Positions 1 through 16,016 of a stretch of 64,000 nucleotides of DNA are shown piece by piece. A program made the position numbers and the translations under genes. Below the pieces are notes generated by a model, which ran no database searches, had not been told where the DNA came from, and saw only the letters and a list, made by a program, of their open reading frames with translations. How positions within the stretch are numbered: position 1 is the stretch's first letter; each line of letters starts with the position of its first letter. Origin of the DNA: Octopus vulgaris. Lineage: Eukaryota. The stretch is taken from the NCBI GenBank assembly GCA_951406725.2, contig OX597821.1, forward strand, positions 118,172,001 to 118,236,000. The letters are read 5' to 3'.

Positions 1-11
1 TGTTCTGGAAG

Positions 12-303
12 ATTTGGATGTGAATAAGCTTTCTTCCAATAGCATTTAACTTTAGAGAATGTCTCCTCCTAGACAATGTGTGTCTTAACAACACAAATGC
101 TTCAGTGACATAGCAGACTCTAAGACACCTTTGTTTCAGCATGAATGTGTCTTCCCAGGCACATTTGGATGTGAATAAGCTTTCTACTGATAGGTTTTAA
201 TTTTAGTAAACAACTTCTTTTAGACAACATGTGTTCACAACACAAATGTTTCAGTGACATAACAGACTCTGAGACACCTATGTCTCAGCAGGAATGTGTC
301 TCC
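12..303. repeat. Diverged tandem duplication, period about 151 bp
   Basis: atttggatgtgaataagctttct starts at 12 and 163; acaacacaaatg.ttcagtgacata.cagactct recurs in both units. Confidence 0.8.
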
Positions 304-928
304 TCTGTCAGAAACACTGCCCAAAACTCTGAAACTAGACAAAACAATTGTCCCTATTTCTATAATTCAGCAAACAATATATTTTTTATGCATGTTGAGG
401 TTTTCTAAACTGATATTAAAATGACACAAGCACACAAAACAGAGAGAATCAAAGTAAAGTCCTGGGATTCATAGGGGTGGTTATCCCATTTCCATGGTTT
501 ACAAGTGACTGAGATCACAACATTTCCCCTGGATGGGACGCCAGTCTATCACAGCATTACTCATTTATAGCTGAGTGAACTGGACAAACATAAAATGAAG
601 TATATTGCTCAAGAACCCAACATACTACCCAATCTAGGAATCGAAACTACAATCTTGCACTTGTGAATGCAACACTGTGACCACTAGGCTACATGTCTTC
701 ACAATAATGTGTGTATTCATTCTTAATTGTTTCTTTTTTTTGTATAATGTATTTTATAACATGAATTAAATTAATTAAAAAAACAAACTTCTTTCATCAT
801 TGCATTTATAACTTCACCAAGTTCAGAAATTTTTGCTTTATTAAATCCATTTACATGTCATATTATTCTCATTTTATGTCGTACGATTACCACTGGGAAC
901 TAATATTTCTCATCCTCCTCTCCACCAG

Positions 929-1045
929 CGACCCACACTTGTGAGAAGACTCAGTACAGATGCAACAATGGACGCTGTATCAATCATCTGTTTCGTTGTG
1001 ATTTTGATGATGATTGTCGTGACAACTCAGATGAAATTGGTTGTG
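929..1045 (+). CDS. LRP2: LRP2-like exon 1 in window, LDL-A repeat
   Basis: ccaccag|...|gtaag; [38 protein letters not shown]; phase 1-1. Confidence 0.92.
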
Positions 1046-4000
1046 GTAAGATTGACCTCTATCATTCATCATCATCCTCATCATCGTTGTCATCATTGTC
1101 AATATCATCATCATCATCAACAACAACCATCAATATCATCATTTCATATCCACTTTTTTTCCATGCTTGTCTGGATCAGATGGAATCTGTTGAAGCAGAT
1201 TTTCTACATCCTGGATGCCTTTCCTGTCACCAACACTCACCTGTTTCCAAGCAGAAGAACTTTAAGCCATTGCCAGGCATGTTTCCATGGAAGACCGAAA
1301 ATAAAGGATGTTGCTTGGATGATGATGATGTTTGTTTTACAGCAATTGTACGACATCAAGGCAAAGAAGCACAAGCATGCACACATACATGCACACACAT
1401 TTACACCCATGCATGTGCATACACACACATGCACACACGCATACATACCCATGCATGTGCATACACACGCACACATGCATACACACATTACCTTCATCGT
1501 CACCATTTAACTTCTGTATTTCATGCTAGTATGGATCGGGTGCTTTGACAGGATCCAACCCCTACAGGACCGTGTTGGGTCTAATGTCTCCTTTGGCAAG
1601 ACTTCCATAACTGAAAGCCATCCTTAACGTTAGCTTCTTTATAGGGGTACTGCACGTTTTTTTTATAGGGGTACTGCATGTTTTTTCCATGGCTCCAGCA
1701 CTAGTGAAATCACCAGATAATTTCATAGACAAGAACCCCTTGACAGAGAAGGATTACAGAACTGGGAGGGGTGGCTTTGAGCCAGATGATAAGAGGTTGA
1801 AATATAATAAAAGGACAGGAACAAGTGTCTTGCTGTCGAGCAAACACATGGCTTCCCAGTAGAAAAGGGAGAAAGGATCGTGAAAAAGCAGTATCAGGGT
1901 GTAAGCTTGAGGTGGATAGAGAGAGACTAGAGGAGGAGAATCGAGGATAGCTGGGTGGATAGTTAGGTCTATGAGAATGTGAAAGGAGAGTAACAGAGAG
2001 TAGAGATGAAGACAGAAGGGAAAAGAGGAAATTTAAGGTAAATAGGAGTGATTTGTGGAGGAGGAGGAGAAGAAGATAGGATATAAAACATACATAGAAA
2101 AAAGATGGAGAGCAACAGCATAATAAAAGCATATATATATGAGAAATAGGGAAATGAGCTGAAGTGTGGCAGAGAGAAAAGATGCACAGTGACATAGACA
2201 GGAGTCAGAGGTACATAGGGATGGATATTGTGAGTAAATAAAAGTGAAATCAGTGACAGATATGAGAGGGTGCTCAAGGAGAACTAGCATTCAGTGGGTG
2301 GTGTGGAGAATACTGGTAGGGTGGCAATAGAAGTGGTTACAAGAAGAGAGGGGTACTCAAAGTACAAGAATAGGGAAGGAATAAGTGCAGTTCTTCTTTC
2401 ATATAACTACATCAGCTAAGTAATAGTACTGTGGTTAGTGGGGTGGGTCTTACAAAAATGATTTTCTGAGAAGGCTTGACAGGTATAGTTTGGGTGTACA
2501 GGAATAAATACTAATGACATGCTTTCAGCACCTTATTTTTACTGCCATTGGTAGGTTTTCTTGAGCATGACAAAATCCCAATTCATCTCCGTCCTTTCCT
2601 ATGAGGCCTAACAATATGACTTTGCTGCTTCGTTCCATGTCTTCTTGGATCTCCAAATTAAGTCCACATTTAACAATCAGCTCTTCGTTATGCAACTCCC
2701 CTCCTTCGTTCCTTGCACATTGCATGACCAAACCAGTCAAGTTTAACTGCATCATGCAATGCCATAGGACATAAAGCATCTGTAGTGGTTAAGTGTGTAT
2801 GTAAACAAATACGTAAACCGATTCATGATTGAAAGGAATTTATTTACAGGGCTTGATTTGTTAGAGGTACACTACATACAAAATGTAGGCAACTGCTACG
2901 AGTTACTAGAAATACAGAGTACATATTAGGAATGAATATGTTTGCGTGTGTGCGTGTGTCATTCGAAACAGTAGTCTATTGGCACTTCAAACATTTCTCT
3001 CTGTCTCTGCGGTCTGCCAAAACCTTGGGTCGTAGATAGATCTATCTCGTCTGTCTGCTCCCGCCTGTCTGCTCAGTGTTGTATGCGTCTGTATTTATAA
3101 CAAACAGTGGCAGCTAGAAAGACAGACATACTGCAGCAGAGTTTGTACTTAAATAGGTCAGCCCTTGTCCAGTTGAACTTCGCCTGACATGCTGAGGTCG
3201 CAGGTTAAAGGGAGATGATCAATCAAATTTTGACAGGACAAAGAAAACCTTTTTTCACGCCTGTTGATCATCGTGGTTTGGACAACCGAGAATTCTTGGA
3301 TTCGGTTTCGAATCTAGGCTTAGAGAAGGAAGTGTTAATTCTTACACATCTTATAGACAACCAATATTCAATATGAAAAAGCTAATATTTTGCTTTGACC
3401 ATATTTGTACAACCCTAATGTAAGGAATGAATTTTTTCAAACATAGTTTTTTTCACAATTAACTCTTTTTTTAATATTTAACTGTTTATTTTATTTTGTG
3501 TTTTTAAATGAATATTTCATCATTCATTTCCAGATGCCTCAACTTGTGGCCCAGCACAGTTTACCTGCAAGAATTCCCGTTGCATTGATGCTACACAGGT
3601 TTGTGATGGCTATGACCAATGTCGGGATGGAGAGCAGACTGATGAAAAGAACTGCCGTAAGTATTTAATTGCTTATAGCAACTTTACCTGTCTGGCGTCT
3701 TTAGGAGGGAAATTTTATCAGGTACATATCTGAGAGGTGCATCCATAAAACCAAAGAACTTTAAAAATGGTTCTATGGTGTAAACTTCCTGTTTTAAGGA
3801 GATCTAAATTAAAATCTTCCAAGAGAATTTGAAGTTAATTTTTGTTCCAAACACCAAATTACTAATTATAAAGTTGCTTCGTTATATTCTTCGTTATTTT
3901 CAAAATTAATTAAAACAAAGACAGAGCATTCCGAGAGAAACATGGTAACAAAAGGTTAAAGTATCTTGGCAACTGACCTTTCTCATTTTCTAATTATTGG

Positions 4001-7000
4001 ATCTATGATGCAGATGTTTATTCAGTAAACGGCAACAGCAATAACAACACTAAAATGTCTCTAGTCACAATTCTTATTCTATAGAATTACCGATATTTGC
4101 TTCATTCCTGGATGTATCTCACTCATTTCATTGCCTCAATTTAAAAACTCGATGTAGACTGAATTTCTTGCTCATGTTATCTCTTGATTGGTTGAAGTCA
4201 TATTCTCTCAGTTAAGGGACCTGAACAAATCACTTAAAACCCAAATCCTCATTCCTCATGGGGCAGAGACCATCCATGACTTTTCCTCAGTTCTCAACTC
4301 TCAGCCATCTTTTCTGAACTCTTATTGGTGTTGAATTGTCATCAATGACATTCCCTCTCTGATCTAAGTCTGCTTCATGTCCGCCTGTCCCTTGGTTTCC
4401 AGGTTTCATATTTATATTTATATCGATGAAGTGGGAATGTATGTGAGAGAGGGAGAAAGAGAGAGCATGTGTGTAGGTGTACACACACATGAATGCATGT
4501 GTGTGTGTGTGTGTGTGCTGCAAATGATTATCTCCTGCTAGCAATATAAACACGAGTGCTTATATGCACCCCAAGTCCCTTACGAGAGATTCTTTCATGG
4601 TAAAAAGGCAGAATTCTGTCTTGTAACACAATATTCACTTTTAAGTGTGGATAAATATTCCTTTTTGGAATTAAGACCACTTACGTTACCAATGATTATA
4701 TTTCAAGACATGAGTTCAAATCAGGATTCTTACAAACCAAATACAAAAAGGGAAAACTCACAAATAGCTTTTGACAAAAAGGGCCCAAAGATACCATTTT
4801 GTTAAGGGGCTATTTCCAATATAAAAAGCACCCAACTCTGATTACGTTGGTGGTGAGTTAGATTAATTTGGCATCAAAATCAGTCTTAAATGATTGCAAT
4901 TATTGGGATGATTAATATTCCGAAATATTCTTCCTCCCAGCCAACAACATGACGTGTCCAGAGAATAAAGTGAAATGCCCAAACTCTAATATTTGTGTCA
5001 GAATACATCTGCTGTGTGATGGAGATGATGACTGCGGGGACAACTCGGATGAGAACGCAATGTTTTGCAAAGCTGCAAACTGTACAGGTTTGTAAAGAAT
5101 TCTTCAAGCATTTTCACAAGGTTTATAAGATTTTGGTACAAGGCCAGCAATTTCGGGGGGTGGGGGTAAATCAGTTACATTGACTCCAGTTTTTCAACTG
5201 GTACTTATTTTATTGACCCCCAAAAGTGATAAAAGGCAAAGTCGACCTCGGCAGAATTAGAACTCAGAATGTAAGGACAGACAAAATGTTGCAAAGTATT
5301 TTGTCTGATGTGTTAATGATTCTGCCTTTCTATTTTGGCACAAGGCCTGAAATTTTGGGGGAAGGGGCCAATCGATTAGATCGACTCCAGTACACAACTG
5401 GTACTTAATTCATCGACCCTGAAATTGATGAAAGGCAAAGTCGACCTCGGCAGAATTAGAACTCAGAATGTATGGACAAACGAAATGTTTTGCAGCATTT
5501 TGTCTGATGTGTTAATGATTCTGCCAGCTTGCCATTTTCACAATGTGTAAAACTAATTTCAAATTTTGTCACAAGGCCAGCAATTTATGGGGAGTGGGAT
5601 AAGTCAATTACATTAACCCCAGTATTTAACTGGTACTTATTTTATCAACCCTATAAGGGATGACAGGCAAAGTCAACCTCAGCAGAATTAAAACTCAAAA
5701 TGTAAGGATGGACAGAACGCTGCAAAGTATCCAGCCTAGCATGCTAACGATTCTGCCAACTCACTACCCTTCCCAATGTGTAATATTAATTGATGAATAT
5801 AATTACAGGTATGGCTGATTGCACACTAGCAATTAATTTTTACCTCAAATATAATTGCAAATGTGCTGTAAAAATACTTGAAACGTTTGAGAATTGAGTA
5901 ATGACTCTGTGCCTGGTTTTTCTTTCAGGCCATTTCCGATGCCTGCAAGCCAATCGCTGTATTCCTTCTCATTGGTATTGTGATGGTACTGAAGATTGTT
6001 CAACTGGGGAAGATGAACCAACTAACTGTAAGTAAAGAAGCACATTTTTATATTTCTATGTCGATCTAAGAAGTGACACAGATTGTCGAAAAAATCAATG
6101 TTTCCTTCTCAAGCCATGCCAGGCTCATGAAGGCCGGTTTCCTGGTTTTAATGGTGTATATATTCCCCACCTGGATGGGATGCCAGTCCATCACAGAATT
6201 AACTCATTTTTGCCAGCTGAGTGGACTGGAGCAATATGAAATGAAGTGTTTTGCTCAAGAACACAATGTGTCGCCTGGTACAGGAATCGAAACCACAATC
6301 TTACAATCATGATTCTGGCACCCTAACCACTAAGCCAAGTGCCTCCACAGTTTAAGGAATACCACAATGAAAGTTGCATATCAATATCCAAATTCTTATG
6401 TACTATGGGGAACCTCACAGCAAGAAACTCTCTCCCCTTCATTCCAGAAGACCACCTTTTATATCCTCTCCCAGTTCTTGCGCTGTTAACAATGTCTGGC
6501 TTGTGAAATAATTTGCAATCTATAAAATATAGAATATCTCAAAATATCAAAATTATTTGGTAAAATGACAGAATTTGTTGAGGTGGATTTCCTAAGGTCA
6601 GATGCCCTTCCTGTCATCAACCTTCATTTATTTCCAAGTATGATAATATTTCCCCATGTTTTTTACAATAGACCAGAAACAAAGGATACCAGTTGCATAA
6701 TGGTGACATTCATTTATTATTATTATTATGCAATGCTTGTGTAAGTCAGACAAGAATATGTTGGGGCAATTTATTCTATGGTTGGATGCTTTTCCTGTTG
6801 CCAACCCTAATCTGTTTTCAAATGAAGTAGTAATCTCCCAGTCTATGGAACAACAAACCACCCAGACATGTTAACAAGGAGTCCTGGAAACAAACACCAT
6901 AATGAGTACGGCTTTTGTTTACTGCTCAGCTACTTGCACATTCATTTCATGAGTAGGCTGTTCCATTGACTAACTGTGCATGCTGTTCCATGCACAGGCT

Positions 7001-10000
7001 GTTCCATTGATTAACTGGAACACTTGTCATCAGAACTGACAGAGTAATCACTTTTTTACACAGAGCATACCTTAAATATAGCTACAGCAAACACACACAT
7101 GTAATCTGGCCATGCTGGTGCAGTCTCAAAATCTCACACGTTCTATTCGGTGCCACAAATCTTCAGAGATATCTCAATGGTTTTTTAACGAACCAATGAA
7201 TGTTAATTTGGTTTCAAACCATTTTAGTATCCACAATTATCATCCGTAGTGGTGTGACTGGAGTTTGTGCCACTGAGGGTGGTTCTTAAGTTTGCTACCC
7301 TCTACTCCATGAAAGAACAGCCGGGAAGATCATACCCTTGCCCTTTTTAGGTACACTAGGGATCTGGAGTCTTATAGGGATAAACTTTAAACCTAAAATT
7401 TCATTAAATTGTAGTTTAGGGTAAGCACTAGTGTTGTAGGTGCTGCTGTACTCCATCTTCAAATGCAGGAGTTTCGTTAAGAGTGAAGCAATTCTGTAGG
7501 GGCCTCAGCCCCTTTCACCACTAATAACAGAGCTGCCCAGACAAAAAACACACAAGCTTTGTTGTGCCAAATGTTGCAGCTCTGGGCCAGATGCTTCAAT
7601 CATCCTCACTGCTCATTCTTGCTGCACCACTACAAGTCCTCTTCTTTCTGAAGCCAGATGGAATGGTTTGCTTTTCTCATAATTTTCTGGCAACATTTTT
7701 TTCTCTCCTTTGCAGCTTTGTTTTGAAATTTCATGAAGTTTTCAACAATATGAAATAATGGTTAAACTTTAAATCTAAAATTTTATGAAGAATTAAATCA
7801 CAAGATATAATAGTCTTGGAGTAATAATTCCATTGTGAAGCTGTTGCAATGATGTTTGTTGTCTCTCAAGTCTGAGAAAGGTGATATCAAAGCTTCTCAC
7901 TGAACAGCCTGCACAAACAATTTGTTAATAATGATCAAATGTTTGTGTCGTTCATTAGCTCACTCCTGTCATCAAATCGATATTGTTTGTTTCAGTGCAC
8001 CATGTGCCACATGTTTAGATGTTGATGAGGAGGTTGCAGAGCAATGTGAAATGAAGTCTTTTGATGAAGAACGCAACACATCCCCTGGTATGGGAATTGA
8101 AATTACAATAATGTGATAGCATCCAGATTGTATTGTGAGACCTAGTCCAATGCCTCTCCTTGTCTGGTTTCAATTAAATAGATTTAGCCTTTAATCAGTC
8201 AGCTTCAATGTAATAATTCTGAGACCCCCTTCAGTTACGACACAGACCATGGGATTGCACCTAGAAAGCTACCCTCCCTGGCACAAGTCCAGGCAAGGTT
8301 GTTTATGGAAGACCAGCAGTCACCCATGCATACCGGTCTCCTCTCTCCACGCTACCAGTGTTATCCAAGGGAAAGGCAACGGCCGATAGAACTTGGCACC
8401 TGTGAAATCGCAACCCATTTCTATAGCTGAGTGAACTGGAGCAACATGAAATAAAGTGTCTTGCTCAAGAACACAACACGCAGCCCAGTCCGGGATTCAA
8501 GCTCACAACCTCACGATCATAAGCTCGATGCTCTAACCACTGAGCCATGCACCTTCACATTAATGTAATAATATACAGGCTGTAACGTTGTATTTAAATG
8601 GGCATCAAATGTGATGAATACATCAAAACTCCCTCAAATAAAGTGATTCCTCCTCTTTAAAAGACGTTAAGGCAACAATGGACATTATTTTTTCTGCCCA
8701 ATGAAATTTTATATAAAATCTGTGCAGTTGTTTATTTCAGGTCATGTGAATTTAACATGCGCCAGCCACATGTTTGCATGCGGCTCAGGAGGATGCATCT
8801 ATAAAGCCTGGATGTGCGATGGAGAAAATGATTGCTCTGATGGTTCAGATGAAGCGATTGATTGTCGTAAGTCACTGATTGTCTTACTTTCCTTTATCTT
8901 CATTAATATATATAAAAAAAAACAAAGTTTGTTATGTCCAACGGGAGTCGGTCATGTTCCATGAGAGTATCTTGGTCAGCCTGAGAACTTTTCAGCCGAC
9001 CCTACTACATCTACCCCACACAAAGACTGCTTCCTCTGTTAACCTACCTGCTATGCCGCTGCACCTCCTATGTGTTTATAGCTTGCACTGGGTACACTGT
9101 ATGGAATTTCTACCAACACCTTTTCTACATATCAAGCAGAGTCATTTCCCAGAAGGGATTAGAGATTTGTCTGTTTTCCTACTTACTAATACTTTGGTCT
9201 TTATTAACGCTAAGGATCTTGGATCTCAGGCCTTGCTTCCTTACCCAAATATCTTTCTATCATTCTACTATAGATTCAACTATAAGAACGAGGCCATTAA
9301 AATAGAGAAGTAACCATAGGTAACAAGTCTTGAATACCTCTGTTATGGCCTGGAGGGTCAAAGAACTGAGCTTTGGTGGACTCCTGCCTGCATAGTAAAT
9401 TCATTGCTATATTCGTTACTGACTTTCACCTTTCTGACAGCATCCCTTTACATGGCTTGGATGGCTCTCACCACCCAGTCATCTACCCTTAGCTTCTGCA
9501 GTGACCAATAGATGAGGGACTAGGTACCTTGTTAAATGCTTTCTCCATATTAACAAATACCAAGTACAGAGGTTACCTAGTTCACTGAGTGTGTCTTCTG
9601 CGGTTGCCTTATTAAGACAATAGCACCAGAAGCGCTTCTCCCTGGCACAAAACCAAACTGCATCTCATCTAAGTTGACTCTTACTTGAGATACAACCCTT
9701 TCTGAAACTTTCATGGCCTGACCCAGAAATTTGCTACAATGCAATATCCTGAGAAAAAAGAAATCGTGTTTCTAAAACTATTCAATAATTTATATAATAA
9801 TAAAAATGAAAATAAAATAAAACACTATAACATGCTTCTTATTAATGATGGAAGGTTCAGAAGCTCCAGGTTCATAATAAAATACTTCTCATTGCAGATG
9901 GGCATGCATCTGTGAGTGAATCATTAACTGCAATAATTAAAAAGGGATTAATCTTTGGCACTGACAAGTCTTAGTCCCTTTCAGAGGCTGAAGTATTTTT

Positions 10001-10075
10001 TTGCTATCTTGAATCCCTTGGAGTGAAATTGTCATATTTACTACATTTATTATATTAGTTAGAAATCATGCATAT

Positions 10076-10109
<34 letters not shown>

Positions 10110-10540
10110 CCATCATCATCATTGTTTAACATCCGCTTTTCCATGCTCACATGAGGCAGAGTTTATACAACTGGACGCCCTTCCTGTCATCAACCCTTAC
10201 CTGTTTCCAAGCAAGGTAATATTTCCCCGTGACCAGATATCTCTCAGAAGACATCTCTCAGACAAAGAGCACTGCTTGCATGGTACCGTTTTGCTTACAC
10301 TATCATGTGATGTCAAAGAAGAAATGGTGTGTTTAACTGCACTTTGCAGACTTAATTGCTAAGGCATTGCCATGGAGATTGGCCGGTGACACTCACGGCA
10401 ACAGCCTTGTTCTGATTTCAATATTGCTAAAGTCCACTTTAGTTTTCATCTTTCTAGGACTGATGAAAGAAGTACCAGTTAAATACTTGGGTCACTGAAA
10501 TGTACTTAGACATCGACACCATCCACAGAAAAATGCCTGT

Positions 10541-10584
<44 letters not shown>

Positions 10585-13500
10585 TGTTTAACGTCCGCTT
10601 TCCATGCTAGCATGGGTTGGACGATTCGACAGGGGTCTGGGAAGCCAGGAGGCTGCACCAGGCTCTAGTCTGATCTGGCAGTGCTTCTACAGCTTGATGC
10701 CCTTCCTAATGCCAACCACTCCATGAGTGTAGTGGGTGCTTTTTATGTGCCACCCGCACAGGTGCCAGGGGAGGCTGGCAATGGCCATGATCAGTTGGTG
10801 CTTTTTATAACAAACCAGAATTTATGTTATTTTCCTTTATTAAAATTTTTACTTTTGACTTGTGTTTCAGGAAATATTGCATGTGGTGCTGATGAATTTA
10901 ACTGCACGCATAACCGCAATATTGGAATTTACCCATGCATTAAAAAAACATTTGTATGTGATGGAGATAAAAACTGTGCCGATGGAGAGGATGAACGCCA
11001 GTCTTGTCCACCAGATGTCTGTGATGATAATGAGTTTGCGTGTGCAAATGGTGGCTGCATTCTATCAAAATTTGTTTGTGATCGTGAAGACGATTGTGGT
11101 GATCGTTCTGATGAACATGACAATTGTGGTAAGTACTTTTGTATACATATATATATATATTAATATCACTGATAACTTATATGGATACTGTTTTATATAT
11201 GGTCGTGGCCAAAAGTCTGGAACATTTCTTTAAAAATTAAAGTTGTTGCGTTCAAATACAATTCAATTCAAATTTATAAAATACTAGCAGTGTTGCCTGG
11301 AATTGCTCGGGTTTGTTTTGACCCTTTAGAATTGGAATTTTTGAAAAGTAAAAATTTTGCATTATGTAGCTTGTTATTCTCTTCAAGTGAACATTTTTCT
11401 GGTTGAAAAACATCGATAAATGGCGACACGGCAGTCAAAAATTCGTAAAAAATAGGGAATTTCATAGAAAAAAAGCACCTTTTTGATGTAAATAATTTTT
11501 AGTGTTAACATGGTTCAATTTGAATTTTTTCTTCTACGGAAGGAAGAGCAAGCCTTCTTCTATCATAATCTCAATTTTGGTCAACTTGTGCCGCAGGTTC
11601 TCGGAGGAGATAGTGTTAGTTGAAGGCTACCAAACCTGCCATACACAGACAACTTCAGCTTTATATATAGAGAGAGATATTTGGGCCTTTAATATAAGAA
11701 TTCTAATTTTCAGACCTGTTTCAAACTTTTGACCATGACTGTATTAACATTTCTGCATTGTTTATAAAAGAGGAAAATCTGAAATACCTTGTCTATAGAC
11801 TTTGGATGTTTAGGAACAAAGAGTATTGAATTCATTACGATATTAATTAATTAGGCCTTAAAACAGAATGACTCTCCCCAGACACAACAGAATATGCTTC
11901 AACACAGGAATTCACATAAAGAATCTTGCAAACCAAATACAAAAACAAAATTACCCTTTAGCATTTAATCTGGCCATGACCAACCCAAAATATTGTATTT
12001 CATGTTGAAACTGTCAAGATCTGGCCTCTTGCACTTACCCTACCGTGTCATTCTAAAAATAAACAATCACATCATCAAAGCCTCAGAACTACAAGACAAT
12101 GCATAATTAATTGAAAAACGATTAATTGCAACTGAATTTGAACGTTAAAGGGTTCAGGGAAATGCTTGTTTCTATCTCTTTCTCTGGTTTCAATCATTGG
12201 ATGGCAGCCGTGCTGGGAGAGACTACTTTGAAAGGTTTTAGTCATACAAATTAACCCAAGGATTTATGTTCTGTTTCTTTTCTTTTTTTCTTGATGGGGT
12301 GGGGTGGGGGAACAGTTAGCTCTGGTTCTTAGTCTATTGATCTCTTTTGCAAAACCACTAAGTTACAGGGACATAAAAAGACCAACACCAGTTGTTAGGC
12401 TGTGGTGATAGGCAAACACAGACACAGACACACACATGATGGGCTTCCCCACAGTTTCCATCAAGCAAATTCACTCATAAGGCATTGGTTTGCCCAAAAT
12501 AATAGCAGAAGACATTTGTCCAAAGTGTCACAGTATGGGACTGAACCAGAGACCACTTGGTTGCAAAGTGAGCTTCTTAACCACACAGTCAGTGTTAATA
12601 GTCACACCATTGTTGGTAACAGGCTAAGTAGCAGGTGTAAATGATGATCATCATCATCATTTAACGTCTGTTGTCCATGCTGGCATGGGTCGGAGAGTTG
12701 CTGGTAAGCTGAGGGGCTGCACCAGACTCCAGTCTGATTTGGCATGGTTTCTATGGCTGGATGCCCTTCTTAACACCAACCACTCTGAGAGGGCAATGGG
12801 TGCTTTTATATGCCACTGGCACAAGGGCCAGTTGTGTGACACCAGTATCTGCCACGGCTATGATTTCATATGGCTTGATGAGTCTTCCTTCTCAAGCACA
12901 GCAGATTGCCAAAGGTCTCAGTCATCTGAGGCCCAACACTCAAGAAAACTGTGTAACACACACATATACATCGTTAAATGAAAATCCAAATGAATTATTG
13001 AAATTAATTATGATTTCAGAATATCCAGAATGTGGAGCAGACCTTTTCACTTGTGACAACCATCGATGCATCCTTAATTCATGGGTTTGTGATGGAGATA
13101 ACGATTGCCGTGATAATTCAGATGAAAAAGAATCCGTTTGCTGTGAGTGTCCCATCATTTGTTTCTTTGTTTTTGCTTTCTTTCTTCAGAGATTCAACAT
13201 CATCATTTAACGTCCGTTTTCCGTGCTACCATGGGTTGGACGGTTCGACCGGGGTCTGGTAAGCTATGGAGGCTGCACCAGGCTCTAGTCTGATTTGGCA
13301 GTGCTTCTACAGCTGGATGCCCTTCCTAACGCCAACCACTCCGTGAGTGTAGTGTGTGTTTTTTACGTGCCACCAGCACAGGGGCCAGGGGGGGCTGGCA
13401 AATGGCCATGATCGATTGGTGCTTTTATGTGTCACTGACACGGGCACCAGTCAGGCGGAGTTGGCATCTGCCACGTTCGGACGGTGCTTTTTACGTGTCA

Positions 13501-14959
13501 CCAGCACAGGTGTCTTAACTACAATTTCCATTTGATTTTTATTTTAATGTTGACGTACTTGACTCAATAGGTTTTGCCTCAATAGATTCTAGAGACAAAA
13601 TAATGGTGGAACATGAGATTGTCTTTTATATTCTATTATCTTCTAGTTTTACTCGTTGCAGTTATTGGACTGTGGCCATGCTGGGGTATTACAGGGACAC
13701 AAATGAACTAACACCAGTTGTCAAGTCATGATGAGGAAAACAACAATGCACACACAAGTGCACACACGCACACACACATGCACACACACACACATATGCA
13801 CACACACACACATATGCACACACACACTCATATACAACAGGCTTCCACACAGTTTCCGTCTACTGAACTCATTGGTCAGCTCTGGTTGTATAATATATGT
13901 ATATATGTGTGAGAAGGATTGTATATATCTTTTACTTGTTCCAGTCACTAGACTACGGCCATGCTGGGGCACTGCTTTGAAGAAATTTGGTTGAAAATTT
14001 CTTTTTTTTATCTGTTACGCCTGGTGCTAATTCTATCATTCTCTTTTGCCAAACTGCTAAGTTATGGGGTGCAAGTACACCAACACCAGTTGTCAAGAGG
14101 TGGTGGGACAGATACACACACGCACACATACAAAAGGCTTCTTTCAGTTTCTGTCAACCAAATCCAGTCGCAAGGCTTTGGCCAGCCCAGGGCTAAAGTA
14201 GAAGACACTAGTCCAAAGAGCATTCCTGTAGGACTGAACCCAGAACCATGTGCTTAGGAAGCAAATTTCTTACTACACACACTCCTGCACCTATATATTT
14301 ATATATTTTTGATGTCTCTCAAAGTTTCTTACGGCATAAACAGTAAACAGTTCTCTCAGGTAAGAACAAAGCTTCTCAGATGGATGGTAAAATTTGAAGG
14401 ATTGCTTTGGTACAATGGTAGAACATCTTTCATATTTACAGAAGAAGTGGGATCAAGTCCCATGGCTGTCCTTCAACTTTTTCCCAATCGAAAGGGATTT
14501 TGAGCTCAGTATTTATTCTCTGTAAGGTGGCAAACAGGCAGAAACGTTAGCATGCCGGGTGAAATACTTGGCAGTATTTCATCTGTCCTTATTTTCTGAG
14601 TTCAAATTTCGCCGAGGTTGGCTTTGCCCTTAATCCTTTTGGGGTCGATAAATTAAGCACCAGTTATGCACTGGGGTCGATGTAATCGACTTAATCCGAT
14701 TGTCTGTCCTTGTTTGTCCTCTCTTGTATTTCATCTGTCTTTACGTTCTGAGTTCAAATCCGCTGAAGTCAACTTCACCTTTCATCCTTTTGAGGTCAAT
14801 AAATTAAGTACCAGTTGTGTACTGGGGTTGATCTAATCGACTAGCCCCCACTCCCTCAAAAGTTCAGGCCTTGTTCATACAGTAGAAATGAATATTTGCT
14901 CTTTGTTATAGCTTTATCTACTTCAAGTTCCACCATTAAAACTATGTGTGTGTGTATGA

Positions 14960-15009
<50 letters not shown>

Positions 15010-15978
15010 GAGGTCTGATGAAAAAGTATGATGACTGGTGCTATAAAAAGAAAACTACCACACCTACCAATTCGGTATCTAATCTCCTTAAAGTGGTCCC
15101 CTTATGCAGCATGGTTTCAGATAGCAAGCAGCCACCTCATTGCATTCTCTTGCATTTTCTCAACACTTTGAAATCATTCTCCTTTCAACTGGAATTTGGA
15201 AAGATTCTTGGCTGTAATAACCTTCAAGCCATGTCTCTCTCCCCTGACACACATATTTTCCCTGCCACACTCCACACACTTCACTTCCCAGTACTGCTAT
15301 AAATAACGGAAGTGAGAGAGAACATCTTAACTTACTGTGCATGTGAGACAGAATTCAAGGTCAGTCTGTGCCAAGTGACATCATTCTGCATGCTCCATTA
15401 CCATAGCAACAGCCCTGTATATTTTTTATCAAACCTCAAATATATATATATATAATATGAGGGAATATTATTCCAAACTTACAGGGAAAAATTCAATTTA
15501 GAAATACTAAATCAAATTTCACAAAATATAATATATATATATATATGAATTAGAAAAAAACCCATCTTTTATCAATTCAATAATGAAAAATTAAATTATA
15601 CCATCTAGAAAATTACATATAGAAAGATTAAATATAAGATAAAACATATGTGTAATTTTCTAGATGGTATAATTTAATTTTTCATTATTGAGTTGATAAA
15701 AGGTGTTTTTTCTATTGTGAAAAATTGTAATGTATTTTACCATTACAGTAACACCAGCGCCAACTTGTCCACCTGGACAATTCCGGTGTGACAATGGAGA
15801 ATGCATTAATTACCTGTTGGCTTGTAACAAGAACCCTGACTGCTCGGATCAAACTGATGAACGTCACTGCTGTAAGTATCAACCTCCCTCTCTCTCTCTT
15901 TACTTCTTCTTCTGTCATTATTTTCATATCTACTTCTCTCTTTCTCTCTGTCTCTCTGCCTCCGTCTCTCTCTCTCTT

Positions 15979-16016
<38 letters not shown>

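Noticed and set aside
941-2290. His/Thr/Ser-rich ORFs of 60-190 aa
   Set aside because: Translations of (CAT)n, (CA)n and purine-rich simple sequence; only 929-1045 is a credible exon, in a different frame from the 941 ORF.
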